Shown in pieces: positions 52,321 through 64,000 of a stretch of 64,000 nucleotides of DNA. A model generated the notes under the pieces. The model worked only from the letters and a program-made list of their open reading frames with translations, did not search any database and was not told the origin of the DNA. Numbering within the stretch: position 1 is the stretch's first letter; each line of letters starts with the position of its first letter. Origin of the DNA: Octopus vulgaris (taxonomy: Eukaryota); assembly GCA_951406725.2 (NCBI GenBank), contig OX597824.1, positions 26,040,001-26,104,000 of the forward strand. The letters run 5' to 3'. A program made the position numbers and the translations under genes.

Positions 52321-53010
52321 TAGTGACGGTTCGTATATAGGTGCTGCGGAACTGCAGCACCCCTATTTCCACTTGATATAATCGATAACATTCAATATAA
52401 TGAGTCCTTTTTTTCTTTAATTCTTTCTATATACTTGTACTTTATATAGTCCTTAAGCTTAATGTCAGTAGCCATTCCCTAGTTTATAAAAAAAAAATAC
52501 AAAAATCCTTGTCTAGACCTATGTGCTTCACAGTTCCAGAGACGCGGTTTTTAGCTGTCTCGCGCATGTTTACATGTCCGAGATAGGAAACTTCACGCTA
52601 GGGAGAGACAGTACTGTCGTTCATGCAGTGCCGGTGAAAGGTAGTGTTTCTTTTTGACTCCGCATGTGTTGTGCTTAAAAGCGTGTTTATATTCTTGAAT
52701 GTGATAAAGTGTAGAATTAGATAATTCTTCTTCTTCCAGCTTTAGTGCTGCTGCCAGGATTTGAAACATAGAGCAAATTCCCACCCTTCTTATTCTATGA
52801 TTGGGGGATTTTTGAAAAACAAGGGGGAATTCGCGGCGGTGTTCAGTGAACAAATTAAACACACTACCTACCCGGTAGTGGCTAAAATGCAAACCGATCA
52901 TATGTTTTCATATGTTTTTCATGTTTGCTTCCTTTTACACAATATTAAAACAATGGCTAGAAATTTTCTGAAGCAGCACCCTCATTAATTTTATCTACGA
53001 ACCGCCACTG
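52321..53010. mobile_element. Non-autonomous hAT-like element
   Basis: TIR (T/C)AGTG(A/G)CGGTTCGTA; 8-bp TSD ATCAAATG/ATCAGATG. Confidence 0.75.
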
Positions 53011-53048
53011 ATCAGATGTATCCATCAATGGATGGCCAACTTTATTAC

Positions 53049-53107
53049 CTTCAGTGTCTGACGTGGTGTAAACGAGAGTCCGAGAATTTTATGTTTTTTT
53101 TTTTCCT
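53049..53107 (-). other. Candidate 59-nt non-coding exon
   Basis: Acceptor CTTTTATTTTTGCAG and donor GAAG|GTAATA on minus strand. Confidence 0.3.
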
Positions 53108-53916
53108 CTGCAAAAATAAAAGAAAAGGAACATTATTACACTAAGCAAAACATCTTCGAACGAGAATCGAACAAACGGTTTCTCGCCATGAAACATCTAC
53201 GTGTATCTTGTAAATCGCTCACACATGACTTCTGTCCAGATAGACGCCATATGGACATTACGAAAGAAAGGGGGGAAATATCCAGCTGGTGGAGGTGGAA
53301 AGCAAATATTAGGTAAGTCATAGGAGATTGTAGGCAGATGATATTCAAAGCGAGGCTAGGTTTTAGTCTGCAGCAGTAGACACTGGGGGAAGTGAGATAT
53401 GAATGGAAAAAAAAAATACTGATGATGATGATGATTATGATGATAACAACCATGACGATAACGACAATGATTATGATGATTATAATGATGATGAGGAGGA
53501 GTAGGAGATGGATGGGAAGAGAGAGAGAGAGGGAGGGAGAGAGAGAGGCGAAGTAGCAAAAGAGGTGTTACAACGATGTCAATGACAACTGTGATAAAAA
53601 TAATGATAATGATGAGAACGATGATGCGAAAATGATGAAAATGGTGGTATATAGGTGGTGATGATGATGATGATGATGATGTTAATCTGGACGACGATAA
53701 CGCTTATGATGACGATGAGGAGAAGGATAGTGATGATGTTCATGTTGATGATGATGGTGGCGGTGGTGGTGATGGGGATGGTAGTGATGGGGTGATGGTG
53801 GTAGTGATGGTGGTGGTGGTGATGGTGGTGGTGGTGATGGGGTGATGGTGGTGGTGGTGATAACGATGATGATAATTATGATGATGACGGTGATGATGAT
53901 TCCCCCCCCCCCGCCT

Positions 53917-53930
53917 GTTTCCATAGCAAC
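53917..53930. promoter_or_regulatory. RFX X-box motif
   Basis: GTTTCCATAGCAAC matches GTHNYYATRRNAAC in unique sequence. Confidence 0.45.
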
Positions 53931-55224
53931 CGCATCAGCAGCAACAGCAAAAAAGACCCGCCAAATAGCTATAATTAGACCTAAATCTTGTGTGGCATTC
54001 TGAAACAGTTCACATCTCCAGCCTCATCCTATCCCTATCCTACACACACTGTCTCCTTTCTAAGGCCCCACTGAGTTTCTCTCTCTCTCTCTCTCTCTCA
54101 CACACCTTTCTCACACTTTACATACATTCACACTAGCTCCCTTTTTTTTCTCTCCTCTCCTCTTCTTTCTTTTTCTTGCTCCCTTATCATTCTACTAATT
54201 CTCATTTCATTCATGCCTTTACGTTTTTCTCTTCCCTCTTGTTATGAATACATTATTTATGTCTGTGTGCGCGCGCAGTTGTATGTGTATGTGTATGTGT
54301 GTGTGTGTGAGTGTGTGTGTGTGCGTGTGTGTATGTATGTATATATGTACGTACACACACATACGTACATACATACAAACAAACACACACGCACATTCAC
54401 ACACACATATACATACATACGTACAAACACACACATATACATACATACGTACAAACACACACATATACATACATACAACGCGCGTGTGTATGTATGTATA
54501 TATTCGTATGTATGTATACATGTACGTACATGCACATACGTACATACATACAAACACACACATACATACACACACATATATACATACACACATATATACA
54601 CATATACACACACGCACACAGGTATGTATATACACTGACATACACATACATTATATATGGTAATATTAGTCTCATATTTTGGCACAAAGCCAGCAATTTT
54701 GGGGGAGAGTGGGGGTCGATTACATCAATTGAAACTTATTTTATCGATCCCAAAAAGATAGAAGGCAAAGTCGACCTCGGTGGCATTTGAAATCAGGACG
54801 TAAAAACGGACGAAATGCTTTGTCAGCATTTCATCCGGTACACTAGCAATTCTGCCAGCTCACCGCCTTATATATGGTAATATAGGTATAATATGGATCA
54901 ACCCAAAATCAATATATGATGACAACTGCTATATTGTTTACTTATATTTCCCCGCTAACGATTGAACGACGCTACACGAAACTCATGAGTACAAAGTTTC
55001 ATATTTTGGCACACGGCCTGCAACGTTGGGTGGAGATAAGTCGATTACATCGGCCCCAGTGCTCAGCTGGTACCTATTTTATCGGCTCTCGAAAGGATGA
55101 AAGACAGAGTCGACCTCGGCGGAATTTGAACTCAGAACGTAAAGACGGACGAAATACCGCTAAGCATTTTGCCCGGCGTGTTAACGATTCTACCATCTTG
55201 TAAAAGACATAATATTAATATATA

Positions 55225-55438
55225 TAGGACGCCATGATAGATCGTTAGCTCCTACATGCATTTTTTTCCTCCTTGATTCTCTCCTTGTTTTTTTCTGTGT
55301 ATCTTTATGTCGAAGAGCGTAGGCTCGAAACGTAAAAGACTTGTTCTAATTCTATTCCTGAGCGCCATACTAATACATTTGTTTGTTTGTACTCCACCTG
55401 CCTTCGTCTTTTGTTTATTTTCGTAAACCTCCCCGTTA
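55225..55438 (+). mobile_element. Family P2 element (HHR 55302-55339, core ATGTCGA, C3 mutated)
   Basis: Homology to 38754-39150; TA-rich flanks. Confidence 0.8.
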
Positions 55439-55729
55439 TATACATATATACATATATATATATATATTAATATTAATATTATATTAACAATATTTATTAT
55501 TTCTTTACTGCCCACAAGGGGCTACACACAGAGGGGGGGCAAGCGATTAAGTCGATTATATCGACTCCAGTGCGTAACTGGTACTTATTTAATCGACCCC
55601 GAAAGGATGAAAGGCAAAGTCGACCTCGGCGGAATTTCAACTCAGAACGTAGCGGCGGACGAAATACCGCTAATCATTTCGCCCGGCGTATTAACGATTC
55701 TACCATCTTGTAAAAGATATAATTGATAT

Positions 55730-55823
<94 letters not shown>

Positions 55824-56113
55824 TATTAATATCAATATATTATGTATGTGTATGTGTGTGTTAACACGCCGTGTGTGTGTTTGTTCCCCTAGCATTGCTT
55901 GACAACCAATGCTGGTGTGTTAATGTCCCCGTCACTTAGCGGTTCGGCAAAAGAGACCGAGTTACGCACTGGAGTCGTTATAATCGACTTAATCCGTTTG
56001 TCTGTCCTTGTTTGTCCCCTCTGTGTGTAGCCCCTTGTGGGCAGTAAAGAAATAATAAATATTGTTAATATAATATTAATATTAATATATATATAGATAT
56101 GTATATATGTATA

Positions 56114-56325
56114 TAACGGGGAGGTTTACGAAATAAACAAAAGACGAAGGCAGGTGGAGTACAAACAAACAAATGTATTAGTATGGCGCTCAGGAATAGA
56201 ATTAGAACGAGTTTTTGCGTTTCGAGCCTACGCTCTTCGACAGAAAGATACACAGAAAAAAACAAGGAGAGAAACAAGGAGAAACAATTGCCTGTAGGAG
56301 CTAACGATCTATCATGGCGTCCTAT
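56114..56325 (-). mobile_element. Family P2 element (HHR 56212-56248, U16.1 mutated)
   Basis: Inverted near-copy of 55225-55438. Confidence 0.8.
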
Positions 56326-56336
56326 ATATATACATA

Positions 56337-56457
<121 letters not shown>

Positions 56458-56529
56458 AGAGAAACAAGGAGAGAAAAAAATTGCCTGTAGGAGCTAACGA
56501 TCTATCATGGCGTCCTATATATATACATA

Positions 56530-56561
<32 letters not shown>

Positions 56562-56566
56562 CATAC

Positions 56567-56621
<55 letters not shown>

Positions 56622-56858
56622 TATGTATATATATAGGACGCCATGATAGATCGTTAGCTCCTACAGGCAATTATAACGACTCCTGTGCGTAACTGGTACT
56701 TATTTAATCGACCCCGAAAGGATGAAAGGCAAAGTCGACCTCGGCGGAATTTCAATTCAGAACGTAGCGGCGGACGAAATACCGCTAAGCATTTCGCCCG
56801 GCGTGTTAACGATTCTACCATCTTGTAAAAGATATATTGATATTAATAGTTTTATATA

Positions 56859-56906
<48 letters not shown>

Positions 56907-57158
56907 AAGAAGCCCGTCGTATATATGTATATATATATATGTATGTATGTGTATGTGTGTGTGTTTGTGTGTGTGTGTTTGTTCCCCCTAGCATTGCTTG
57001 ACAACCAATGCTGGTGTGTTAATGTCCCCGTCACTTAGCGGTTCGGCAAAAGAGACCGATAGAATAAGTACTGGGCTTACAAAGAATAAGTCCCGGGGTC
57101 GAGTTGCTCGATTAAAGGCGGTGCTCCAGCATGGCCGCAGTCAAATGACTGAAACAAG

Positions 57159-57196
<38 letters not shown>

Positions 57197-57657
57197 TTAA
57201 TATTATACTATATTAGCAATATTTATATTAACAGTATTATTCATGTGAATTTTACGTGTCTGTTAGATTATCATGTAATCTCCTTTACATTGAATATTGA
57301 TCATTAACCAACCGAAACCAAAGGACGTCGATATCATGCGATGTTGCATGGTGGATGCGAACTATTTCAGTAGAAAAACTTATTGAGTCAATGGTGAATA
57401 TCATGTGATGCTGAGCGGATGAACAGACCAAATGACTGTCAATGGTCACGGACAACCAGTTCAGTTAACAAACTACTGCTATCATCCATAGTCGTGGCGT
57501 TGTAGATGAGATATTTCAGCTAACGAAAGGCCGGTGCGACTAAAACCCAGACCAGTCATTTGTACTTCATCATTCGATTGGGACGTCTGGCGTGGAAGAG
57601 TTATGTTGCCCGTCTGGGTAAGTCGCCTAACCTGGATGGATCATTCTGTGTTTCTAT

Positions 57658-57871
57658 TACTCTTTGACTCTTTTACTTGTTCCAGTAATTTGACTGCGGC
57701 CATGCTGGAGCACCGCCTATAGTCGAGCAAATCGGCACCAGGACTTATTCTTTGGAAGCCTCGCACTTATTCTATCGGTCTCTTTTGCCGAACCGCTAAG
57801 TTACGGGGACGTAAACACGCCAGCATCGGTTGTCAAGCGATGTTGGGGGAACAAACACAGACACACAAACG

Positions 57872-57965
<94 letters not shown>

Positions 57966-58142
57966 TATATATATACATATATACGACGGGCTTCTTTCAG
58001 TTTCCGTCTACCAAATCCACTCACAAGGCTTTGGTCGGCCCGAGGCTATAGTAGAAGACACTTGCTCAAGGTGTCACGCAGTGGGAATGATCCCGGAATC
58101 ATGTGGTTGGTAAGCAAGCTACTTACCACACAGCCACTCCTG
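57658..58142 (-). mobile_element. SINE family A
   Basis: Full length. Confidence 0.9.
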
Positions 58143-58565
58143 AGCCTAGATAATATTTTATTAAGAGACATATTAAGAAATATTTTTAGCATGTTCCTAC
58201 ACTCAATAGAGTATCATGTATATATCAATATACATATACTGAACCTGGTAAGTAGAGTAGTTTTATATTTACTGTTTGTAGGGATAAGAAACAAAATCTT
58301 TTTCAAAAATAATTCTTCGCAGGTTAATGAATTCGAAAGATGACAGAATAACATCCCACGCCATATTGCAATATGGAACGACCCAAAACGAATGTATAAT
58401 TATGGCCGCTGTATTAATAATTCCTTCCTCTTCCTCTTCCTTGTTGACGATTGTACGACGTCACATGAAACCCATGCGTACAAGATTAAAACTTTACACT
58501 TAAATTAATGTTAATGTCTGTATTTTGCAAGGATATTTTTCGTATCTCTTTTCTCGTATGTTATA

Positions 58566-58754
58566 TTTACTCTTTTACTTGTTTCAGTCATTTGACTGCG
58601 GCCATGCTGGAGCACCGCCTTTAATCGAGCAACTCGACCCCGGGACTTATTCTTTTGTAAGCCCAGTACTTATTCTATTAAGTGACGGGGACATAAACAC
58701 ACCAGCATCGGTTGTCAAGCAATGCTAGGGGGACAAACACAGACACACAAACAT

Positions 58755-58793
<39 letters not shown>

Positions 58794-58950
58794 CATATAT
58801 ACGACAGGCTTCTTTCAGTTTCCGTCTACCAAATCCACTCACAAGGCTTTGGTCGGCCCGAGGCTATAGTAGAAGACACTTGCCCAAGGTGCCACGCAGT
58901 GGGACTGAACCCGGAACCATGTGGTTGGTAAACAAGCTACTTACCACACA
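58566..58950 (-). mobile_element. SINE family A
   Basis: Near full length with a small deletion. Confidence 0.9.
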
Positions 58951-60274
58951 GTTCTCATTTGTGCTTAATTTCTCGCATTCTTTTTATCTCGACACACAGT
59001 ATTGTTTTCTAACATACTGCAATGTTTAAAAAAAAATTATTTGACTCTATTTACTCTTTCTTTCAGTTTCTTTCTCTACTAAATCACCACTTTCATTCTT
59101 TTTATTCTGTTTCCTTACGCGCTCAGCTTGCAACTTCTACCCATTTCTGCTCTGGTGCCAATTCCTCAGCCCATTGTTATTCTCATTTACTCAAGGCCAA
59201 CAATTCGAGAGAAAACCTAATCTTACACTCTCTTCTTCTTCCAACGTCACACATATGCACTATTGTCTTACGCCATTTGGCTTTGTCTTTGGTTATAAAA
59301 GACGAATACTTTTCTGTTTTGTGTCCTAGCTTAAGCATACACTTTTTTCTGTTCATTGTGTTTTCTCTCATCAATATGCGATGACTTAACTATATATTCA
59401 TCACCTCCTCACTGCCTCGTCTTTACTGTATCTATTACTAACGACCGTGTCCGACTGTTCCTGGCACATAACGAGTTAGGAGTATTATACTTAGTCGTCG
59501 AAACCATGGATATTCATAGATTAACAGCTGATGAGGGGCATTTCTTTTCTTTTCTTTTGTTCCGCTCGTTATGTATCTTCATGCTTTTGTGCAAGCTTTC
59601 TCTTGGATACTCATCACTGATGATTCGCCACGAGTATTACGATGAACTCACTTGATACAATAGTTCCTTCTGCCGGTGGTGACGAAATTTTCGTCTGCTG
59701 ATATAATGTGTGCATATTATAGCACCTAACGTCTACACAAGATGGTTCATCGGGACGATTACCGCAGTCTACGGCGTTCAAAACAGCACACTCAAGTTAA
59801 GTTGGATGTGCTGATTAATATTCGTTAAAAAGGCTGTATCTGTCGCTAATAGCTTCACGCATGCGCGCTGGCCTTCTACTCAGTTTCCATCAAACAAACT
59901 CACTCAGAAGACATTGGTCGGCCTCAGGCTATAGGATAAGACTATTTCCCAAGTTGCCACGCACTGGGTTTGAACCGCAAACCATGTCGTTGCAAAGCGA
60001 GGGTCTTAACCACATGACCATAAATAATCGATAAAGATCAAGGGAGATAAGTAGTGATGACTTCTTTGTACTGTCACTACCTTGGAGCTTTACGTGTGAC
60101 TAAGTTATTGGCAAAATGTTACAGACAGTTGATGTTATCGGTTTATGATAAAGATATCGAGTTATTTCCGAGCAACTGTCGTCAATGGATGCTTTCGGTT
60201 GACGTTCAAGCACGAACAACCTGATAAAAGCTTTCTAATTTGGCAGCTGGAAATTCAGGATTTTGTATCTTCTC

Positions 60275-60360
60275 TATCATCATTATCACCATCATCATCA
60301 CCACCACAACCACCGCCACCGCCACCGCCGCCACCGCCGCCGCCGCCGCCGTCGTCGTCG

Positions 60361-60406
<46 letters not shown>

Positions 60407-60589
60407 ATCATCATCATCATCAGTTGGTGCAATTTCAGAAACATCTTTTATATCAGCACCAACGTGATTGCTATCATTTTGTCCTCGTCGTCGACGTCTT
60501 TGTCGTCGTTATCATCATCATCATCATTATCATCATCCTCGCCATCATCATCGCCATCATCATCGCCATCATCATCGCCATCATCATCG

Positions 60590-60635
<46 letters not shown>

Positions 60636-60960
60636 TACCATTTGTTGCAATTTCAGAAGCAGCAGCAACGGCTGCATCATTATTCTCAGCACCAACATGT
60701 CTGTTATCATTGTCATTGTCGTCGTCGTCGTTGTCGTCTTCATCGTCTTCATCGTCTACATCATCATCATTATCATCATCATCATCACCATCATCATCAT
60801 TATCATCATCATCATCATCATCGTCGTCGTCATCATCATCATCATCATTATCACCATCATAGTCACTACCATCACCGCCGCCGCCGTCGTTGCCACCACC
60901 ACCACCACCACCACCACCACCACCACTATCACCACCACCACCACCACCACCGCTGCCACC
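60275..60960. repeat. Compound trinucleotide region (CAT/CAC/CGT/CGC)n
   Basis: Direct reading. Confidence 0.9.
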
Positions 60961-61046
60961 GCTTCTCCATCTTCAGCTGAAATCGTTGAAGATTTGCGAG
61001 ACTTGATTGGGCAATGTATCCATCACACGTATCGAAAACAATGATT

Positions 61047-61092
<46 letters not shown>

Positions 61093-61392
61093 AACTTGTA
61101 TGATGTATGTTCATGTCCCACCGCCACCACCTATAATCTTCTATGATGAAATTATTTGCAGTCATTCCGGTTTTAATGGTTCTCCTAGAGATTCAACAGA
61201 GCCGAACGGTATAATTATTTTTGTCGTGTTTAAAGAACGCAATACTTTCGTATACTGATCATTTATATACATTAGTAAATGTGTATTTAAATCCTTGGGG
61301 CGAATACAGAAATTATTGTTGCTGATGTTGTTGTTTTTGTTGTTGTTGTTGTTCACTCGAGGGGATCGTTCTCAGCACAAACATCAGTGTAG

Positions 61393-61693
61393 TTCCTTCC
61401 TTCTCGAGCCCTACCTGGCTCATAAGGGCCGGTTTTTCCGGTTTCATTGGCGTATAGGTTCCCCACCTGAACGGGACGCCAGTCCGTCGCAGGTGAGCTG
61501 CAAGATGCAGGAGGAAAGAGTGAGAGAAATTTGTGGCGAAAAAGTCAGCAGAGGTCCGCCATTACCTTCCGCCGGAGCCGCGTGGAGCTTAGGTGTTTCG
61601 CTCATAAACACACACATCGCCCGGTCTGAGATTCGAACCCGCGATCTCTCGACCGCGAGTCCGCTTCTCTAACCACTAGGCCATGTGCCTCCA
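61393..61693 (-). mobile_element. tRNA-headed SINE (family C-related)
   Basis: TGGCCTAGTGG and GGTTCGAATC boxes on minus strand; related to 49440-49822. Confidence 0.8.
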
Positions 61694-62794
61694 CAAAGAC
61701 CAGTGGGGATACACTGACCCCCTGAAAGGCTCCCCTCTTGATTTTCACGTCTCCTAGTACTTGCTTCCCTGCTGTCAATTCCATTCTCCAGTATTTCATG
61801 TTATTCCATATCAGGCTTCTCTTATTCTCTGCTACTCCATACATTTTCATTGTCCTTATTATCCAGGAGTATGGAATCATATCGTATGCTTTGCAATAGT
61901 CAAACCCATGCCATGCTCAGGTTTGTATGTCTTTTGCATTATCAATTATCAATTAGGAGTTGATCTTTCGTTCTCCGGCTCCTTTTTTGACACCCTTTCT
62001 GTTCAATGGGTAGCAACTCGCATTTTCCCAAGTATTTGTACAGTTCACCGGCCAAAGCACCTGATATTAGTTTCCACATTAGGGGAAGGCATGTTATTGG
62101 TTTTAAAGCTGGCTACTACATTTCCCTTTTGAGGATCCTTGGCACATAACAACGCCTTTCCCTTTGTCATCCAGCTAGGTACTGTACCTTCCTGCAAGCA
62201 CTCGTCTAGTTGTTGTGCTGTCCTTTCCTGGAGCCCTCTCAGCTTCTTCCTCCAATACCCTTGGACCCCATCTGGTCCTAGGCTATTGCAATTTGAGAAT
62301 TTTTAAAGCTGCTTTGTTATCATTTCTGTAGTTATCTCTATGTCTTCTTGGACTTCTATATTTCTTAACCTATCTTGGATCTCATGCAGCCACTTCGCTT
62401 CATTATTCTCTACAGGTTGGTCCCAGATCCCTCTCTAGAATGCCTTGCTTTCCTCTGCATCTGGTATCATTGTTACGTGTATTTTCCCATCTAGTTCCTG
62501 AAAGAGTTTCTTATGTTTTGCCTGAACCTTTTTGCCTGAACCTATTTTGTCTGAACTGTCTTTTTCTATTACCATATCTTTCCAGTTTTGCTTTGATTGC
62601 TACTACTCTTTGTTTCAATTCTTCCAATATCACATCATTACCTTTATCTCTTATTCTATATCTTTCCAACATTATTCTTATGCTTTCGTTCTGCAGTTCC
62701 CCTCTTCTCAATCTATCAACTTGTCCTAAATATCTTTTTAACTTTGTTCGTTTCTCACAAATTCGTCTGTGCCACTATGGTTCTTTACGTTCTG

Positions 62795-62796
<2 letters not shown>
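61694..62796 (-). pseudogene. R4/Dong-like LINE reverse-transcriptase fragment
   Basis: DYCKAYDMIPYSWI...IKRGAFQGVSVSPLVF (RT motifs), GPDGVQGYW, PSWMTKG. Confidence 0.85.
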
Positions 62797-62845
<49 letters not shown>

Positions 62846-62846
<1 letters not shown>

Positions 62847-63180
62847 TATGTTTGACTTTTGCTTTATATTTGTACAAGTTGGCTCCAAGTCTCACCCAGA
62901 GACCTCAAGAGACAACAGGTTGGAAGTTCACGTTGTTGTTATGCCTAGTGTGCCATATATTTGGGGTGGGGGTTGTACTAGTGAATGTCTAATACATAAA
63001 AAAAAAGGTTGTTTTAAACCTTGGGATTACATAGAGAGTATTTTGCGTAGGATATGAGCAGTTCCCACGAGCACTATCTTTTGAATTTCTGCCATTTTGG
63101 GGTTTCCTGGTATCTGAGTTAGGTAGCAATCAGCCCCTTTCGCTATCATTCCCAGGGCACCTATGACAACAGGTATTGTT
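62846..63180 (-). mobile_element. R4/Dong-like LINE 3' end (same family as 46614-47133)
   Basis: Near-identical 3' UTR; (TTA)n flanks. Confidence 0.85.
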
Positions 63181-63198
63181 TAATACCTATGACAACAG

Positions 63199-63277
<79 letters not shown>

Positions 63278-63296
63278 CATTATTATTATTATTATT

Positions 63297-63688
63297 ATGT
63301 TTTTCCTTCTTTCTTCAAATTTTCTTCCGTTTCTCGCCGAGTGTTTTCCATACACTTAGGGCAGAGAAGAGCATTGTATGCATTCCCAGATTACACGTGA
63401 AAATTCCCAGGTAAAATATGTATTTAAAAATTAATAAATAAATAAATTCATGGGTGGATGTTATTTTCACAGCGATAGTGCTCTTCTCAGTACATGAGCC
63501 GTTCCAGTTAATACGATTTTTTGCACTTCCTGTAGGGATGGTAAGCTTGGAATCATTTTCAAATAGGTTTCAGTACTTTTTTTTATCATTCCTAGAGATC
63601 CTACAATCACTGGTACTGTAGTCGCCTTGAGATGCCACATTTTTTTCAATTTCTATTAGCAGGTCTTTATATTTACTAATCCTGTCAA

Positions 63689-63690
<2 letters not shown>
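63297..63690 (-). mobile_element. R4/Dong-like LINE 3' end (same family as 24163-24495)
   Basis: KYKDLLIEI..MWHLKATTVPVIVGSLGMIKK...GTAHVLRRALSL; (TTA)n flanks. Confidence 0.85.
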
Positions 63691-63729
<39 letters not shown>

Positions 63730-63958
63730 TAATTGACCCCTTGCCGTCAAAAATGACGGCTAATTGTCGTATTTTATATATAAATAAGGTGCAAAATAAG
63801 GTACATAATAATCACACATACAAGCATTCGCATAACTTCCCTTGTACACGCACACACATACACACATATACTCACAGTGTTGAAACGCTGTTTGAATTTT
63901 CTTTTCAACACCTCACTTCCATTGCACCCCACACACATACACATACACACACACACAA

Positions 63959-63996
<38 letters not shown>

Positions 63997-64000
63997 ACAC

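Overview
AT-rich, repeat-saturated eukaryotic non-coding DNA, probably intronic or intergenic. The SINE families, microsatellite load and TTAGGG tracts suggest a cephalopod (Octopus-like) genome; this is inference, not a database result. No intact protein-coding gene is visible, and nearly all listed ORFs are microsatellite or SINE read-throughs. Contents: dozens of tRNA-derived SINEs in three groups (A, B, C), two decayed hAT transposases, a mariner relic, several MITEs, a Helitron, R4/Dong-like LINE fragments in (TAA)n, an RTE relic split by telomeric repeats, and weak hints of minus-strand host exons with an RFX X-box. The main unexplained signal is at least ten minimal type-I hammerhead ribozyme (HHR) motifs in several short elements that mostly sit in (TA)n. 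These include a ~205-nt tandem retrozyme-like family with a fixed non-canonical CUGUNGA core (A6U), a related canonical family, and a Pol III/tRNA-headed element with a hammerhead remnant. All coordinates were read by eye; element ends are approximate.
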